NCBI GenBank assembly: GCA_963754945.1
Contig: CAVWIG010000044.1
Span: 1 to 53,843, forward strand
Direction: 5' to 3'
Origin: Methanotrichaceae archaeon
GTDB taxonomy: Archaea > Halobacteriota > Methanosarcinia > Methanotrichales > Methanotrichaceae
DNA length: 53,843 bases
Shown here: one piece after another, positions 51,821 to 53,843 of the stretch
Layout of the letters: every line of letters begins with the position of its first letter
Position numbering within the stretch: position 1 is the first letter of the stretch
The notes under the pieces: generated by a model
Told to the model about the DNA's origin: nothing
Databases searched by the model: none
Seen by the model: the letters and a program-made list of their open reading frames with translations, nothing else
Made by a program: the position numbers and the translations under genes

Positions 51821-52532
51821 AGTCTATCTTGTGGGCGCTGGTCCAGGAGATCCGGAGCTGATGACCCTAAAGGCTAAAAGGCTTCTCTCGGAAGCGGAAG
51901 TAGTCTTGTTCGACCGGCTGCTGAGCCAAGAGATGTTGAATGGCTTGGATGGCGCTGAGCTGATCGACGTGGGCAAGACGGCAGGAAACCACAAGATGAC
52001 CCAGGAAGAGATCAACCAGCTCCTGATCGACAGGGCAGAAGAGGGAAAGGTCGTAGTCCGGCTCAAGGGTGGAGACCCGTACCTCTTCGGCCGTGGGGGC
52101 GAGGAGGCACTAGCCCTGCTGGGGCGCGGAATACCTTTCGAGGTTGTGCCAGGAGTCACATCGGCCATAGCTGTCCCCGAGCTGGCCGGCATTCCTGTCA
52201 CTCACCGGGGTGTGACCTCCTCTCTAACAATAGTGACCGGCCATGAGGAGCCGGGAAAGGACAGCCCCCTGGACTGGAGTGCCCTGGCTAGGCTGAATGG
52301 GACACTTGTAGTTCTCATGGGCGTGTCCCGGCTCGAGAAGAATGTATCCGCTCTTATCTCCGGTGGAAGATCTCCAGAGACCCCGGCGGCAATAGTTGAG
52401 AAGGGCGGATGGCCAGAGCAGAGGATGATATCCGGTACCCTGAAGAATATCGCGTCCAAGGCCAAGGATGCTGGAATAGAGCCTCCCGCAATACTAGTGG
52501 TTGGAGAAGTTGTTAAGCTAGCGACCAATTAG
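51807..52532 (+). CDS. cobA: Uroporphyrinogen-III C-methyltransferase
   Basis: VGAGPGD, RLKGGDPYLFGRGGEE and VPGVTSA motifs. Confidence 0.95.
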   Translation: MARGRVYLVGAGPGDPELMTLKAKRLLSEAEVVLFDRLLSQEMLNGLDGAELIDVGKTAGNHKMTQEEINQLLIDRAEEGKVVVRLKGGDPYLFGRGGEEALALLGRGIPFEVVPGVTSAIAVPELAGIPVTHRGVTSSLTIVTGHEEPGKDSPLDWSALARLNGTLVVLMGVSRLEKNVSALISGGRSPETPAAIVEKGGWPEQRMISGTLKNIASKAKDAGIEPPAILVVGEVVKLATN

Positions 52533-52543
52533 CGCCGAAAAAA

Positions 52544-53268
52544 ATGGCGATATTCAGGCCCGACGCCCAGATTAAGGATTCTGCCGAGTTGGCCCGGATT
52601 ACGGGTTTCAGGCCATATGCGCTCCTTCCATCTCCCTTGTAAAGAAGCCCCTCCCAGACGATCTGGCCAGGAGATTGATGATGGCAGATTGTGTTGTCTT
52701 CACTAGCGCAAACGGGGTAGATATGGCTCTAGGCAATGGCGCCATAAGGGCCGGGCTGAAGGACAAATTGATAGTCTCCATCGGTCCAAAGACCCGGCGG
52801 GCGCTGGACAAGCACGGTCTAACTTCTGAGGTGCCAGAGGAGTACAGCTCAAAAGGTCTGGAGATTCTGCTCAGGAACCGGTGCAAGAACGTCCTCTTCC
52901 TGAGAAGCGCCCAGGGGAGTCGGTACCTGTCGGATGACTTGAGGCTTGCTGGGCTAACGATAGACGATATTCCCATTTACGAAGTGAACGGTTCAGGCGA
53001 CCCAAGGCTAGACGATCTCATCAGGAACGCCTATGATGTAGACATCTTTGCCTTCACCAGCTCGTCGACTGCCAGATGCCTGGTCGAACGTGCCCGTGAG
53101 CTTGGGCTCGAGACGTCTCTTAGAGCGGCACTAGAAAAGGCTGTTGTAGCAGTTATTGGAAAGCCTACGGCTACAGAGCTGGAGCGGCTCGGAGTGAGGG
53201 TGGATGTGATGCCCGAGGAGTTCACCTTCGAGGCGCTTCTGCAAGCCTTACGAAGGTGGTACCAATGA
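52544..53268 (+). CDS. hemD: Uroporphyrinogen-III synthase, -1 frameshift at ~52596
   Basis: AIFRP start, then FTSANGV, IGPKT, FTSSS and IGKPT motifs. Confidence 0.88.
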
Positions 53269-53843
53269 TAATATTCTCAAAGGCACTTGCCGACCAGGCA
53301 ACAGTCTGGAAAGCTCTGAGGGCATCGGAGACCTGTGAGAACCTGCCTCCTGACTTGGTCAGGTTCTCCGGAATGGCTCGACCTGTTGTCATGTGGAACC
53401 TGACCAGGCAGTGCAACCTGTCGTGCGATCACTGCTACCTGGACGCCCGGGGCGAGGCCCGAGACGAGCTGGGCCTGGAAGAAGGGACCCGGCTCATAGA
53501 CGACCTTGCAGAGATGAAGATACCTGTGCTGATCTTCACCGGCGGCGAGCCCCTTCTTAGCAAGAATCTCTATGCTTACGCTTTTCATGCTCGCGAGGTC
53601 GGTCTAGGAACGGCTCTATCCACCAACGGCACACTGATAACTCCCGAAGTAGCCAAGCTCCTGGCCGAGGCGAAGATCAGGTACGTCGGAGTCAGCCTGG
53701 ACTTGCCCAGGCCTGAGGCGCACGATGAGTTTCGAGGAGTCGCCGGGGCCCATGCTCGGGCCTTGCAGGGCATCTGTAATGCCCGCCAGGCAGGCCTAAG
53801 ACTCGGGCTCCGGGTTACTTTGACCAGGGATAACTGGTTCGAG
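53265..53843 (+). CDS. ahbC: Radical SAM protein AhbC/NirJ1-like, runs off the window end
   Basis: MIIFSKAL...RPVVMWNLTRQCNLSCDHCY and FTGGEP; hem operon context; ATGA overlap with hemD. Confidence 0.8.
   Translation, partial: MIIFSKALADQATVWKALRASETCENLPPDLVRFSGMARPVVMWNLTRQCNLSCDHCYLDARGEARDELGLEEGTRLIDDLAEMKIPVLIFTGGEPLLSKNLYAYAFHAREVGLGTALSTNGTLITPEVAKLLAEAKIRYVGVSLDLPRPEAHDEFRGVAGAHARALQGICNARQAGLRLGLRVTLTRDNWFE

Noticed and set aside
876-53268. Split MFS, Fe-S protein, prenyl synthase, methyltransferase, cysteine desulfurase and hemD as true pseudogenes or programmed frameshifts
   Set aside because: Each is repaired by single-base indels, has no other decay or slippery heptamer, and hemD is needed for tetrapyrroles. 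Sequencing error is more likely.
1-53843. tRNA/rRNA genes
   Set aside because: No cloverleaf or rRNA-like segment found in the intergenic regions by eye.

Overview
Chromosomal window from a methanogenic archaeon, most consistent with Methanotrichales/Methanosarcinales (archaeal uL16/L10e, Dph6-family ligase, AglG-like GT, hemL-hemC-cobA-hemD-ahbC, TATA promoters). Left to right: MFS, RibD-like and IS110 genes; Fe-S protein and prenyl synthase; glmS/glmU and a ~15-kb glycosylation island (GT2/GT4, Wzx, rfbABDC, IS1634); nadA with larE-cysteine desulfurase-fdhD; Dph6 plus GATase; rpl10e; an IS21 carrying a nested IS5 and a 155-bp MITE; kdpABC; an EamA gene split by a TnpB element; a kinase-less kdpD; larC; and tetrapyrrole genes. 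The most striking unannotated structure is the kdp leader: TATA, a covarying 5' hairpin, a 57-aa uORF ending LLxPSTFVxGQR, a second covarying hairpin, then kdpA. A diverged second copy lies 6.6 kb upstream in front of a decayed kdpA stub. The KdpA filter carries unusual acidic residues (NSEWQ, EDGGG), KdpD has no histidine kinase domain and no kdpE is in the window. Together these suggest an undescribed archaeal leader-controlled Kdp-type cation pump (inference). Several single-base frameshifts are probably sequencing errors.
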